A stretch of DNA of 63,331 bases, the filler included, from Octopus bimaculoides (lineage: Eukaryota), in assembly GCF_001194135.2 (NCBI RefSeq). It is 7 parts of 7 records of this genome, joined end to end, with 100 filler letters (N's around TTAATTAATTAA, not from the genome) between each part and the next. Parts side by side here need not be neighbours in the genome. Positions count along the whole stretch, not along the records: positions 20,332 to 32,096 come from NC_068984.1; positions 32,197 to 43,810 come from NC_069010.1; 5 more parts are not named here. The stretch is one strand, 5' to 3'. The notes beneath the pieces are model-generated. The model saw only the letters and a list, made by a program, of their open reading frames with translations, searched no databases and was not told the origin of the DNA. Every line of letters starts with the position of its first letter. Positions within the stretch are counted from its first letter, which is position 1. The position numbers and the translations under genes were made by a program. Below are positions 26,561-38,830 of this stretch, piece by piece.

Positions 26561-26734
26561 AGCAGAAATATTCTAACAAACTGGTTAATCCTTTTCATAC
26601 AAAGCTGTCTGAAATTGCTGACTTCCTGTTTTAAAAGTGATCAAAATTAAAAGCTTGTATCAAAATTTCATTTTAATTTATGGTCCAAACACTCACTTAA
26701 TAATCCTTTCTAATCTTTTCTAAAATAGACACAT

Positions 26735-26930
26735 GGCCTGGAATTTGTGGGGAGTGAGATAATCAATCACATCGACCCCAGTACTTGACTGGTATTTAAT
26801 TTATTGACCCTAAAAGAATGAAAGGCAAAGCTGACCTCAGCGGGATTTGAACTCAGAACGGAAAGACAAACGAAATGCCACTAAGCGTTTTTTTACCCAG
26901 TGTGCTGACAGTTCTGCCAGCTCACCACTT
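26735..26930 (-). mobile_element. SINE family C
   Basis: atcgaccccagtact...gaatgaaaggcaaagctgacctcagcgggatttgaactcagaacg. Confidence 0.85.
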
Positions 26931-26997
26931 TACACTCAGTAATGACAAAGTTATTACATTAAATTCTTCATTTCCTTCTGCCGTCCATCGTCTCCGT

Positions 26998-27376
26998 GGA
27001 GGCGCAATGGCCCAGTGGTTAGGGCAGCGGATTCTCGGTCATAGGATCGCGGTTTCGTCTCCCACACCGGGCGTTGTGAGTGTTTATTGAGTGAAAACAC
27101 CTAAAGTTCCACGAGGCTCTGGCAGGAGATGGTAGCGAACCCTGCTGTACTCTTTCAACACAACTTTCTCTCACTCTTACTTCCTGTTTCTGTTGTGTCT
27201 GTAATTCAAAGGGTCAGCCTTGTCACACTGTGTCATGCTGAATTTCCCCGAGAACTACATTAAGGGTACATGTGTCTGTGGAGTGCTCAGCCACTTGCAC
27301 GTTAATTTCTTGAGCAGGCTGTTCTGTTGATCGCATCAACTGGAACCCTCGACGTTGTAAGTGACGGAGTGCCAAC
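26998..27376 (+). mobile_element. SINE family A, full length
   Basis: Colinear with 9205-9592. Confidence 0.92.
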
Positions 27377-29204
27377 TAAAAAAACAAAAAAAAANNNNNN
27401 NNNNNNNNNNNNNNNNNNNNNNNNNNNNNNNNNNNNNNNNNNNNNNNNNNNNNNNNNNNNNNNNNNNNNNNNNNNNNNNNNNNNNNNNNNNNNNNNNNNN
27501 NNNNNNNNNNNNNNNNNNNNNNNNNNNNNNNNNNNNNNNNNNNNNNNNNNNNNNNNNNNNNNNNNNNNNNNNNNNNNNNNNNNNNNNNNNNNNNNNNNNN
27601 NNNNNNNNNNNNNNNNNNNNNNNNNNNNNNNNNNNNNNNNNNNNNNNNNNNNNNNNNNNNNNNNNNNNNNNNNNNNNNNNNNNNNNNNNNNNNNNNNNNN
27701 NNNNNNNNNNNNNNNNNNNNNNNNNNNNNNNNNNNNNNNNNNNNNNNNNNNNNNNNNNNNNNNNNNNNNNNNNNNNNNNNNNNNNNNNNNNNNNNNNNNN
27801 NNNNNNNNNNNNNNNNNNNNNNNNNNNNNNNNNNNNNNNNNNNNNNNNNNNNNNNNNNNNNNNNNNNNNNNNNNNNNNNNNNNNNNNNNNNNNNNNNNNN
27901 NNNNNNNNNNNNNNNNNNNNNNNNNNNNNNNNNNNNNNNNNNNNNNNNNNNNNNNNNNNNNNNNNNNNNNNNNNNNNNNNNNNNNNNNNNNNNNNNNNNN
28001 NNNNNNNNNNNNNNNNNNNNNNNNNNNNNNNNNNNNNNNNNNNNNNNNNNNNNNNNNNNNNNNNNNNNNNNNNNNNNNNNNNNNNNNNNNNNNNNNNNNN
28101 NNNNNNNNNNNNNNNNNNNNNNNNNNNNNNNNNNNNNNNNNNNNNNNNNNNNNNNNNNNNNNNNNNNNNNNNNNNNNNNNNNNNNNNNNNNNNNNNNNNN
28201 NNNNNNNNNNNNNNNNNNNGTTTAACGGTCTTTTCCAAGACGTCGGCTTTGATTGAGTACAGTTTGGAGAATAAAGTAAAAAAAACAAAACAATAACACA
28301 ACAAAAGGAAATTAGTAAACAGAAGAAGAGAAAGCAGGATAAAGAATAATAAAGAAACAGATAAATATAATTTGTTGGAATTTGAATAAGACAAAAAAAA
28401 ATTAAAATTCAACATATTTACAAGAAGAACTTACAATATATGTTAAGATAGGTGTAACAATGAAATACATACCTTGGGGATGAGTCTCATCTGATGAAAG
28501 AACTACCTCATGGCAAGTTCCACTTCTAACCAACTTAGTTGATCAACTTTTCTTGTAATTATTATTGCCACCATTTATCTATTTTATTTATTTTACTTTA
28601 AGTTTGTTTTCTTTCTTTGACTAGGGAGTGGTTAGTTTGGAGGATTTTGTTAATTTTTTAAGTTTCCAAGTTGTAAGATAAAATAACCCGCAATTAAAAC
28701 AAATGAAAGCGAAGTAAAAAATACACATATACACACATATAAACATGCCCACACATACGAACACACTTACATGCAATCATATACACACATCCCCCTACAC
28801 ACACACACACATACCACATACAAATAGCAGGTCGGATTTAAAGAAAAAAATCTTAAAGACAATTTGGAACAATGAAATACAAAAGATATGTGAAACTCTT
28901 AGTTGTAAAAAAAAATAACTAAGCAAATACATAAAATAATTAAATAAATAATATAATAAATAAATATAATAAATATAGAACAAGCATAAATAAACATAGA
29001 ACTTCTTAAGACAAATTAATGGCTGCATCATCGTTATAATCAGTCGTACCTCAACAAATTTGCCTAATTCACTCAAGTTTAACACTTTTCCCACATTAAA
29101 TATATTTTGTTAATCTTAATGGAATTACTCGTTAGTAAATATTTCAGGACACTAGTATGCAAACTAAGAAATACCAGCCAATACCAGCTTAGCAAAAATA
29201 TTTA

Positions 29205-29430
29205 TTTATTTTTTTTTATCACTTGTTTCAATCTTTGGACTGTCGCCAAGCTCGGGCACTGCCTTGAAGAATTTCAATCAAATGTATCAACCCCAATGCT
29301 TGTTTTAAATTCTTTTTTAAAATCTGGTACTTATCCTGTCAGTTTCTTTTGCCAAACGGCAAACTTATGGGGATGTAAACACACCAACACCAGTCACCAA
29401 GCAGTCATGAGGGGATAAACACAAACACAA
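29205..29430 (-). mobile_element. SINE family B 3' half
   Basis: cttgtttcaatc...ggactgtcgcc...tttgccaaacggcaaacttatggggatgtaaacacacc. Confidence 0.75.
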
Positions 29431-29489
29431 AGATACACACACACACACAAAAGGAAGGGGTGATGACAACCCAGTAGTGGGAGCGTTTC

Positions 29490-29790
29490 AATTCTGTTTG
29501 AGTATATGTGTGTGTATGTAAAAGGGAGGTATGTGAATATTTGTGAGTGCATGTGTGTGTGTGTATGTGTGTGCAGTGGAAGTCGGATGGTGAACATTCA
29601 AAGCTGAAAAGAAAAATCAAACAGAGTTTCAACTCTGTGTGAGTATATGTGTGTGTATGTAAAAGGGAGGTATGTGAATATTTGTGTGTGCATATGAGTG
29701 CGTGTGTGTGTTTGTGTATGTGTGTGCAGTGGAAGTGGGATGGTGAACATACAAAGCTGAAAAGAAAAATCAAGCAGAGTTTCAACTCTA
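29490..29790. repeat. Tandem duplication of a unit of about 150 bp
   Basis: gagtatatgtgtgtgtatgtaaaagggaggtatgtgaatatttg...gctgaaaagaaaaatcaa.cagagtttcaactct occurs twice. Confidence 0.9.
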
Positions 29791-30127
29791 AAATACAACA
29801 ATTAGCCATCATTTTTGAGGGTACGGGCCCAGCTAGTATTTACTATTTTTTTACTATTTTACTTGTTTCNNNNNNNNNNNNNNNNNNNNNNNNNNNNNNN
29901 NNNNNNNNNNNNNNNNNNNNNNNNNNNNNNNNNNNNNNNNNNNNNNNNNNNNNNNNNNNNNNNNNNNNNNNNNNNNNNNNNNNNNNNNNNNNNNNNNNNN
30001 NNNNNNNNNNNNNNNNNNNNNNNNNNNNNNNNNNNNNNNNNNNNNNNNNNNNNNNNNNNNNNNNNNNNNNNNNNNNNNNNNNNNNNNNNNNNNNNNNNNN
30101 NNNATATATATATATATATATATACAT

Positions 30128-31258
30128 ACATATATACGACAGGCTTCTTTCAGTTTCCGTCTACCAAATCCACTCACAAGGCTTTGGTCGGCCCGAAGCT
30201 ATAGTAGAAGACACTTGCCCAAGGTGCCACACAGTGGGACATGTGGTTGGTAAGCAAGCTACTTACCACACAGCCACTCCTACGCCCATATATATATTGT
30301 AGAATTAATTCCGCTTGAATTTCAAAGAAAATCATTTGCAGCTCTCACCATACGACTAGCACCGAACCAGAGACTGGCCCTTTGGAAACCTATGACCAAA
30401 CATGTTATTGTTTTTTTTTTTTTAAATGTATGGTATAGAAGAATATAAAAACAGAATGCTAAAAAGTGAACAGAAAAAGAGTGAAACTGAGAGAGTAAGA
30501 GAGTGAGAGAGAGAGAAAGAGAGAGGCCGGTAGTGGGAGGGTGATATGAAGAGAATTGCAGGTGTCTGGAGTTCATTCTGAGAGAGTAGAAGGGGGGATG
30601 GTTTCACGAAAAGTAATGTGAGGGTTAGGGTTAGGTAGAGAAGTGTGTAGAAAGAATGGTGTTAAGTAAATTGCTAATTAAATGAGATGTGTGTTAGTGA
30701 ATTAAGTATGTATTCTTTATTCTTTTAGTTGCAACAATTAAGTAGCTATACATACATGCATATATACATACATACATATAAGAGACAAAGTGTACATACG
30801 CCACTATATATATATATAAATAATACAGAATGGCATAGGAGTGGCTGTGTGGTAAGTAGCTTGCTTACCAACAACATGGTTCCGGGTTCAGTCCCACTGT
30901 GTGGCACCTTGGGCAAGTGTCTTCTNNNNNNNNNNGTGGCACCTTGGGCAAGTGTCTTCTACTATAGCCTTGGGCCGACCAAAGCCTCGTGAGTGGATTT
31001 GGTAGACGGAGACTGAAAGAAGCCCGTCATTTATATGTATATATATGTATATATGTGTGTGTGTGTGTGTGTGTATGTTTGTGTGTCTGACAACCAATGC
31101 TGGTGTGTTTACATCCCCGTAACTTAGTGGTTCGGCAAAAAGAGACCGATAAAATAAGTACTAGGCTTACAAAGAATAAGTACTGGGGTCGATTTGCTCG
31201 ACTAAAGGCGGTGCATGGCAGCAGTCAAATGACTGAAACAAGTAAAAGAGTAAAGAGT
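30128..31258. mobile_element. SINE family B copies (30128-30288 -, 30830-31258 +)
   Basis: Family B head and body motifs in both orientations. Confidence 0.85.
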
Positions 31259-31419
31259 AATGGGACGAGAACACAAAACATCCAGACAGTTAGGTGATAC
31301 ACGAAAGGGACAAAACATACAGATAGACAATACAAAGAAAACACAGACATGTCATTCGGAGTTTTCTCTCTTCAGTCGAGATCCAGATTATCATCGAGAA
31401 TAACCAGCCGAAATTGCAA

Positions 31420-31690
31420 AGATAATGTTTATTGAGCGAAAATCTCTAAAGCTCCATGTGGCTCCGGCAGGAGGTGGTGGCGAACCCTGCAGTACTCTTT
31501 CTCTCACTCTTTCTTCCTGTTTTTGTTGTACCTGTATTTCAAAGGGACCAGCTTTGTCGTGCTCTGTGTCACGCTAAATCTCCCCACGTGTCTGTGGAGT
31601 GCACAGCCACTTGCACGTTAATTTCACGAGCAGGCTGTTCCATTGATCAGATCAACTGGAACCCTCGTCGTCATAACCGATGGAGTGCCA
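31420..31690 (+). mobile_element. SINE family A, 5'-truncated
   Basis: tgtttattgagcgaaaa...ttcacgagcaggctgttcc...ccgatggagtgcca. Confidence 0.85.
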
Positions 31691-31708
31691 CGATACATAT
31701 ACATATAT

Positions 31709-31822
31709 CAACTTTAAATAGAGCTCAAAACTGATCCATTGAAAATATTTTATTATAATAATAATAATAATAATGACCTATGAACATTTCGATGAATCAG
31801 TTTTGAGCTCTATTTAAAGTTG
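31709..31822. mobile_element. 114-bp MITE/hairpin, about 38-bp TIRs, (TAA)n core, inserted in a TA context
   Basis: CAACTTTAAATAGAGCTCAAAACTGAT at 31709 is the perfect reverse complement of ATCAGTTTTGAGCTCTATTTAAAGTTG ending at 31822. Confidence 0.85.
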
Positions 31823-31849
31823 ATATATATATATATATATATATATACT

Positions 31850-32017
31850 ACACTCTCTGAGTGGTTGGCGTTAGGAAGGGCATCCAGCTGTAGAAACTCT
31901 GCCAAATCAGACTGGAGCCTGGTGTTGCCATCCGGTTTCACCAGTCCTCAGTCAAATCGTCCAACCCATGCTAGCATGGAAAGCGGACGTTAAACGATGA
32001 TGATGATGATGATGATA
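31850..32017 (+). mobile_element. SINE family D 3' part with (GAT)n tail
   Basis: tggcgttaggaagggcatccagctgtagaaactctgcc...gcggacgttaaacgatgatg. Confidence 0.9.
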
Positions 32018-32196
32018 TATATATACATACAAAAACTCAACTGTGAGTATTTTGCTAAGATTGTTAACAGATACTATATTCTTTTGCCAAACTTTTNNNN
32101 NNNNNNNNNNNNNNNNNNNNNNNNNNNNNNNNNNNNNNNNTTAATTAATTAANNNNNNNNNNNNNNNNNNNNNNNNNNNNNNNNNNNNNNNNNNNN

Positions 32197-32393
32197 TTCC
32201 AATCAGTTAAGATCAGAAGCCATGAGAGCCACTGCCTGGTACTGCATCAGGGCATTAGCAAATCTGTGGTATTGAGCAGAATATTTGCTGTAGGCCATCT
32301 TTTTATACCAAGACAAAACAATGTACATGATAACACTTCCAATCAGTTAAGATCAGAAGCCATGAGAGCCACTGCCTGGTACTGCATCAGGAC
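32197..32393 (+). repeat. 140-bp-period direct repeat
   Basis: ttccaatcagttaagatcagaagccatgagagccactgcctggtactgcatcagg at 32197 and 32337. Confidence 0.85.
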
Positions 32394-32857
32394 ATATTAT
32401 TATTATTGTTATTATTAAGCGACCGTGTAACCATCTTCTAATTAAGATTTTCTTGGCCTGATGATTAGGTAAATTGAGCACCCACCATTGAGTAAATGTT
32501 ACTTCAACAGATCAGCTAGCAAAGAAACATATGTAGGTTGGATTTTTACCCACTCCCCTCCGTCAGTTTGGATAAATATTTGTTATATAATATTTAAGTA
32601 GATTCTCATTTTAAAAGAACAAACTGGGAACCCAAGCACTCAATAGCATATAGTAGAGTGCTCTCTGAGGATTTCGATACTCAAAAGAAACAGGACTAGT
32701 CTTGTTAGCGCCATCGGCTGAATAAACCTACATATCTATAAATAATATCTACAGATAAACAAATATTATTATCCTTTTTATTTTTATTATTATTTGCTAA
32801 ATGTGTTTTGCTTGATTTTGCTGTTTTTATGTTATATGTAAATAGACAAATGTCTGT

Positions 32858-32897
<40 letters not shown>

Positions 32898-32959
32898 CTG
32901 TAGATATGCATATACATAAGTATGTGTGTATATATATATATATGTTATAAATATGTGTG

Positions 32960-32992
<33 letters not shown>

Positions 32993-33049
32993 ATATATAC
33001 ATATATATATATATATTTTCACATACACATATATATACATACATATATG

Positions 33050-33084
<35 letters not shown>

Positions 33085-34325
33085 ATGTATATATATAATT
33101 TTAATTTCATAACATCTATCGTTGCCGCTGTTGTTGTCATTATTATTATTATTATTATTATTATTTTTATTACTATTATATTTTGTTGCTGATGTTGTAG
33201 CTGTTTTTGTTGTTTTGTAGCTTTTTTTCTTTTCTTTTTTTTTTCCTTTCTTTTTTTTTTTTTTTTTTTTTTTTTTTTNNNNNNNNNNNNNNNNNNNNNN
33301 NNNNNNNNNNNNNNNNNNNNNNNNNNNNNNNNNNNNNNNNNNNNNNNNNNNNNNNNNNNNNNNNNNNNNNNNNNNNNNNNNNNNNNNNNNNNNNNNNNNN
33401 NNNNNNNNNNNNNNNNNNNNNNNNNNNNNNNNNNNNNNNNNNNNNNNNNNNNNNNNNNNNNNNNNNNNNNNNNNNNNNNNNNNNNNNNNNNNNNNNNNNN
33501 NNNNNNNNNNNNNNNNNNNNNNNNNNNNNNNNNNNNNNNNNNNNNNNNNNNNNNNNNNNNNNNNNNNNNNNNNNNNNNNNNNNNNNNNNNNNNNNNNNNN
33601 NNNNNNNNNNNNNNNNNNNNNNNNNNNNNNNNNNNNNNNNNNNNNNNNNNNNNNNNNNNNNNNNNNNNNNNNNNNNNNNNNNNNNNNNNNNNNNNNNNNN
33701 NNNNNNNNNNNNNNNNNNNNNNNNNNNNNNNNNNNNNNNNNNNNNNNNNNNNNNNNNNNNNNNNNNNNNNNNNNNNNNNNNNNNNNNNNNNNNNNNNNNN
33801 NNNNNNNNNNNNNNNNNNNNNNNNNNNNNNNNNNNNNNNNNNNNNNNNNNNNNNNNNNNNNNNNNNNNNNNNNNNNNNNNNNNNNNNNNNNNNNNNNNNN
33901 NNNNNNNNNNNNNNNNNNNNNNNNNNNNNNNNNNNNNNNNNNNNNNNNNNNNNNNNNNNNNNNNNNNNNNNNNNNNNNNNNNNNNNNNNNNNNNNNNNNN
34001 NNNNNNNNNNNNNNNNNNNNNNNNNNNNNNNNNNNNNNNNNNNNNNNNNNNNNNNNNNNNNNNNNNNNNNNNNNNNNNNNNNNNNNNNNNNNNNNNNNNN
34101 NNNNNNNNNNNNNNNNNNNNNNNNNNNNNNNNNNNNNNNNNNNNNNNNNNNNNNNNNNNNNNNNCCAGGCTCCAATCTAATTTGGCAGAGTTTCTACAGC
34201 TAAAAATGAATAGAGATGGCTTTTTGGGGGGTAATGGCTTAGTTTCCATGTTTCCATCTTGTGGGACTGAACCCAGAACCATGTGGTTGAGAGCAAGCTT
34301 CTCACCACACAGCCATGCCTGCAAC

Positions 34326-34358
<33 letters not shown>

Positions 34359-34361
34359 ATG

Positions 34362-34645
34362 TGAGGGCATGTGACTTAGTGGTTTAGCTGTTGGACTCAC
34401 AATCTCTAGATCATGGGGTTGATTCCCCGGTGGGAGGTGATGGTGGGGGGCGCTTTGTGTTCTTGAGCGAAACCCTTCATTCCACGTTGCTTCGGGGCCC
34501 CCCCCCCCTTTCGATGAGTTGGGGGGGGGGCGGAATATTGGCTTGTTCGCCTAGCCAGTGGCGGTGGCGCCATTTGAGGGCCAGAACAAAGCTGAAATGC
34601 ACTGTGACCAGTGATGTGTAAACAATGTCTTGATTGCCTGGTTTG
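34362..34645 (+). mobile_element. tRNA-derived SINE family E (CORE-like), degenerate
   Basis: tgacttagtggttag...ggggttgattccc head, then cttgagcgaaacccttcattccacgttgct. Confidence 0.55.
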
Positions 34646-35839
34646 TCCCATGGTGTATTATGTACACACACGCATACACGCACACGCATACACACACACA
34701 CACACACACACTTCAGTGTTGGACTTTTGCCACTTGAGCTGTCATCATCTGCTCCTACCATTTTGCTCCTCCTACCCCTACCGCCACCACCACCTCCTTC
34801 ACAGCCACTGTTTGTACCACTGCTGCCATCACCGTCACCGTTGCTACCCCCCCCCACTGCAACTTTCAACTCCCTCCCTCCTGCACCTTCGGCACCACCT
34901 TCATGAGTGTTTGGTGCTTACCTGCCACCGACACCATCACCACTGTTTGTTCCACCACCACCACCACCACCACCACCACCACCACCATCATCATCAGTGC
35001 CACCATCACCATCATCATCATTCTTGCCTTATTTTATTATTTATGTTTAATGTTTTTGCTTCTTTCTTTTTCTGCCATTTCTTCTGCTGTCTTTTGTTAT
35101 GGAGGGGTGGGCATATAAAGTGGAGTGTCAGTGGTTTGGTCATTAAGGTTCTCAGTTCTTGAGTCCCTCCCCCCCTCCACCATCCCCAGCTTCAAGCCTT
35201 CTCTGCTGATCTATTATTCTCGTCATGCAAGGCACATAACTCTGCTAGCTACAGTCTGCCTGGCCGGTAAAACAGCCTCCCCTCTCGCTTCTCACTTGGT
35301 CTTTGAAGTGTGTGTGACAGAGTCGCATGGGTGCTTACATGGTATGTTGTAATGGTGGTGGTGGTAGTGCTTACATGGTATGTTGTAATGGTGGTGGTGG
35401 TAGTGCTGTTAAGATCAATCCTTGCTTTCTACTGCTGCTGCTATTTCTTGTGTTATCGTGGTAGTGTTGTACTGCTGTGTCCAGTGTTGCATCTGAAAGG
35501 CAAGGAACTCGGCTTGCCACAGTCTGCTTAGCTGATAAACAGGGCCGACACATGCTTCACGTTTGAGTTGAGATCTCTTTGAACAGGTCTTCCCTCTGGG
35601 TCTGGTAAACACACAAAGTTTTATGTACCTTTCTCTTAATCGTGGAGTAGCGTGGATTACAGCAAGACGGGGTAGATGAAGGTTCACTGTCTCATCATCT
35701 TTCACAGTTATTCCAGTAATGATGTTTAAATATCTACCAAACAACAATAGAATTGGTCAATTCATGCAACTAAAATTCTTCAAGGCGGTGCCCCAGCATG
35801 GCCACAGTCTAATAACTGAAAGAAACAGAAGACAAATGA

Positions 35840-36225
35840 TAATGGCTGTGTGGTAAGACGTCTGCTTCCCAACCATGTGGTTCTGGGTTCAGTCCCACTG
35901 TGTGGCACCTTTGGCAAATGTCTTTTATTTTAGTCTTGGGCTGGCCAGATCCTTGTGACTGGATTCGGTAGATGGAAACTGAAAGAAGCCCTCGTATATA
36001 TATGTATGTGTGTGTGTCTGTGTTTTTCCCCGCCATCACCCCTTGACAACCAGTGTTGGTGTGTTTATGAACCAAGCAGTTCAGCAAAAGAGACTGATAG
36101 ATTAAGTACTAGACTTAAAAGAAAAATTCGTTGGGGGTCAATGTTTTTGACTAAAACCCTTCAAAGCAATGCTCCAGCATGGCCGCAGTCAAATGACTGA
36201 AACAAGTAAAAGAGTAAAAGAATAT
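35840..36225 (+). mobile_element. SINE family B, full length
   Basis: Colinear with 24022-24415. Confidence 0.88.
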
Positions 36226-37049
36226 ATATATATATATACACTTACTGTAAACAAAATAACGATATGTGGCATTGCATTNNNNNNNNNNNNNNNNNNNNNN
36301 NNNNNNNNNNNNNNNNNNNNNNNNNNNNNNNNNNNNNNNNNNNNNNNNNNNNNNNNNNNNNNNNNNNNNNNNNNNNNNNNNNNNNNNNNNNNNNNNNNNN
36401 NNNNNNNNNNNNNNNNNNNNNNNNNNNNNNNNNNNNNNNNNNNNNNNNNNNNNNNNNNNNNNNNNNNNNNNNNNNNNNNNNNNNNNNNNNNNNNNNNNNN
36501 NNNNNNNNNNNNNNNNNNNNNNNNNNNNNNNNNNNAACTTAGCGGTTCGGCAAAAAGAGACTGATAGAATAAGTACTAGGCTTCGATTTGCTCGACTAAA
36601 GGCGGTGCTCCAGCATGGCCACAGTCAAATGACTGAAACAAGTAAAAGAGTAAAAGAATATATATATATATATACACTTACTGTAAACAAAATAACGATA
36701 TGTGGCATTGCATTAAATGATAGGTTTTCAAAACATGCACAAACAAACAGTAAAGAAACACTGAGGGTCACCAGATCCCCATTAGTTACTGGCCAAGGGC
36801 TCAAACACAATTTCATGCCTTCAGCGATAATATCGATCCCCTTCTGATGGTGCCGACAGTGAGAAGCCTCTGGGAAATGGCGAGCCAATGAACAAGGGAC
36901 CAAACATGACAGAAAGTGAAGAAACAAACAAGAAATGGATAAATATGCAATAGAAAAAAGTGGACATACAAACATGGACAAATGTGATTGAAGACGAGAC
37001 CATTAGTGGACGGATGAGGGACGTAGACGAAATGTGTGGACATGTGAAC

Positions 37050-37290
37050 AAACTGAAATAAACAAAATATGGACTTAGGGCCAGACTGGAGACTTGTGCC
37101 AAAGTTTGGAATTGAAAGTTACACAAACAGCAGAACGGGGCACAGTCACAGAGTGCCAGGGATCCTAATGCCTGCTTGGTGTGGATGCAGGCGTCTTTAA
37201 AACGAAACTGGATCTCTTCTCATTAAGGATTCCAGACGAGCCTACCTCATGGCAGAAAACACAAATGAGGGCAACAGTATCAAAGGAGGT
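37050..37290 (+). mobile_element. CR1-type LINE 3' end
   Basis: VP(K)FGIESYTNSRTG..RVPGI and VFKTKLDLFSLRIPDEPT....RAT resemble the CR1 ORF2 C-terminus (FK..LD.FL..IPD.P). Confidence 0.7.
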
Positions 37291-37470
37291 CTCAAATAAT
37301 GAAAGTGCAGCAAAGCCAATGGTGGTGCCCCAGCATGACCGCAGGCTGAAACTAGTTAAAGAGTTATATATATAGAGAGAGAGATATACCAGCATACATA
37401 CACATCTATTGGCCAGTTATATATAACCTGACCATTGCTGACAGTCCCTTGTTTCTAGAACTCTTTAGAC

Positions 37471-38006
37471 CAGTGCTTCTCGACCAGGGTCCATAGAAGG
37501 CTTTTAGGGGCTCGTACAACAAAATAGTACACTGGAGATCCAAAATAGTATTTTCAGGGTCCCTGGATAAGTTTTGCTTTAAATGTATGTATTGATATGT
37601 ATTGCACGAAACAGCTGGGTTTCTTTCTCTAACATTCTACATTGTTCAACCTACACAAGTTAATGTATGGAAAACAAAATAGGAATTTCGAAAGAAGTTT
37701 CTATAAAACTAGTTTTTAAACATTGAATGGTTATGGGGGTCCACCAGAATGAAATAGTAATCAAAGGGGTCCATAGATTAGTTGAGAACCCCTGCTTTAG
37801 ATGTATGTATTGGTTATGTATTGCACGAAACAGCTGGGTTTCTTTCTCTAACATTTTCCATAGTTCAACCTACACAAGTTAATGTGTGAAAGGCAAAACA
37901 GGAATTTGGAAAGAAGCTTCTATAGAACTAATTCTTAAACATCGAATGGCTAGAATAAAATAGTAATCGAAGGAGTTCATAGATAAGAAATGGTTGGGAA
38001 CCCGTG
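37471..38006. mobile_element. hAT-type MITE (37471-37794, 8-bp TSD CTTTAGAC/CTTTAGAT) plus an adjacent diverged 3' partial copy (37803-38006)
   Basis: Ends CAGTGCTTCTCGAC and GTTGAGAACCCCTG. The second copy ends GTTGGGAACCCGTG|CTTTAGAA. Confidence 0.8.
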
Positions 38007-38419
38007 CTTTAGAACTTCCAGACCTCACCGTTACCACCACCACCACCACCACCACTATCTCCTCATCTCCATAGCAACTCCCTGCACCCACCACTACCTT
38101 TTACCACAGCCATGGTTAATCCTCTTCCTGCCTGCTGTCTTCCATCTCCCACCACTACATCTGGCACCCCTTCGCACTCACACTGGGTTAGGCACCATCC
38201 CCATACCCTACCTTACATTTCCTGTCATGACAATCACTGTTGACCAGCCATCCCCACTTCCCTTCTGCTTGTTCTTTTTTAATTTTTATTTCTTTATTAT
38301 TATTATTATTATTATTAATGTTTTTATGTTTAGTGTGTTGTTGCATGCTATATTTTGTTCGTATATTTTATTATGATTACCAATATTGTTGTTTGTATTG
38401 TTGTTACTGTCATCATTAT

Positions 38420-38830
38420 TATTATCATTAAGGCAACAAGCTCCCAGAATCGTTAGCACACTGAGCAAAATGCTCGTTACAATTCCACCGAGGTCGACTT
38501 TGCCTTTCATCCTTTCGGGGTCAATAGAATAAGTACTGGCCAAGTACTTGGGGGGCCAATGTAATCGACTGTCCCTCTCCCTCCAAATTTGCTGGCCTTG
38601 TGCCTCTGGTAGAAGGGATTATTATTGTCATTGTTATTAAGGAAGCAAGCTACCAGAATCGTTACCATGCCAAGCAAAATGCTTAGCGGCGTTTCATCTT
38701 CCGTTACGTTCTGAGTTCAAACTCTGCTGAGGCTAACTTTGCCTTTCATCCTTTCAGGGTCGATAAAATAGCACTGGGGCCAATGTAATCAACTACCCCC
38801 GTTCCCTGAGATTTCAAACCTTGTGCCTAG
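38420..38830 (+). mobile_element. Two tandem SINE family C copies
   Basis: aaggcaacaagctcccagaatcgttagc... and aaggaagcaagctaccagaatcgttacc... Confidence 0.85.

Noticed and set aside
35415-35747. 110-aa minus-strand ORF of moderate complexity
   Set aside because: No recognisable domain or convincing splice sites. Possibly decayed LINE endonuclease sequence, but unsupported.
36170-36715. Exact duplication of a SINE tail plus unique flank on both sides of a gap (also 30896-30960 and 39960-40105)
   Set aside because: Identical sequence flanking N gaps indicates unmerged contig overlap or haplotype duplication, not biology.
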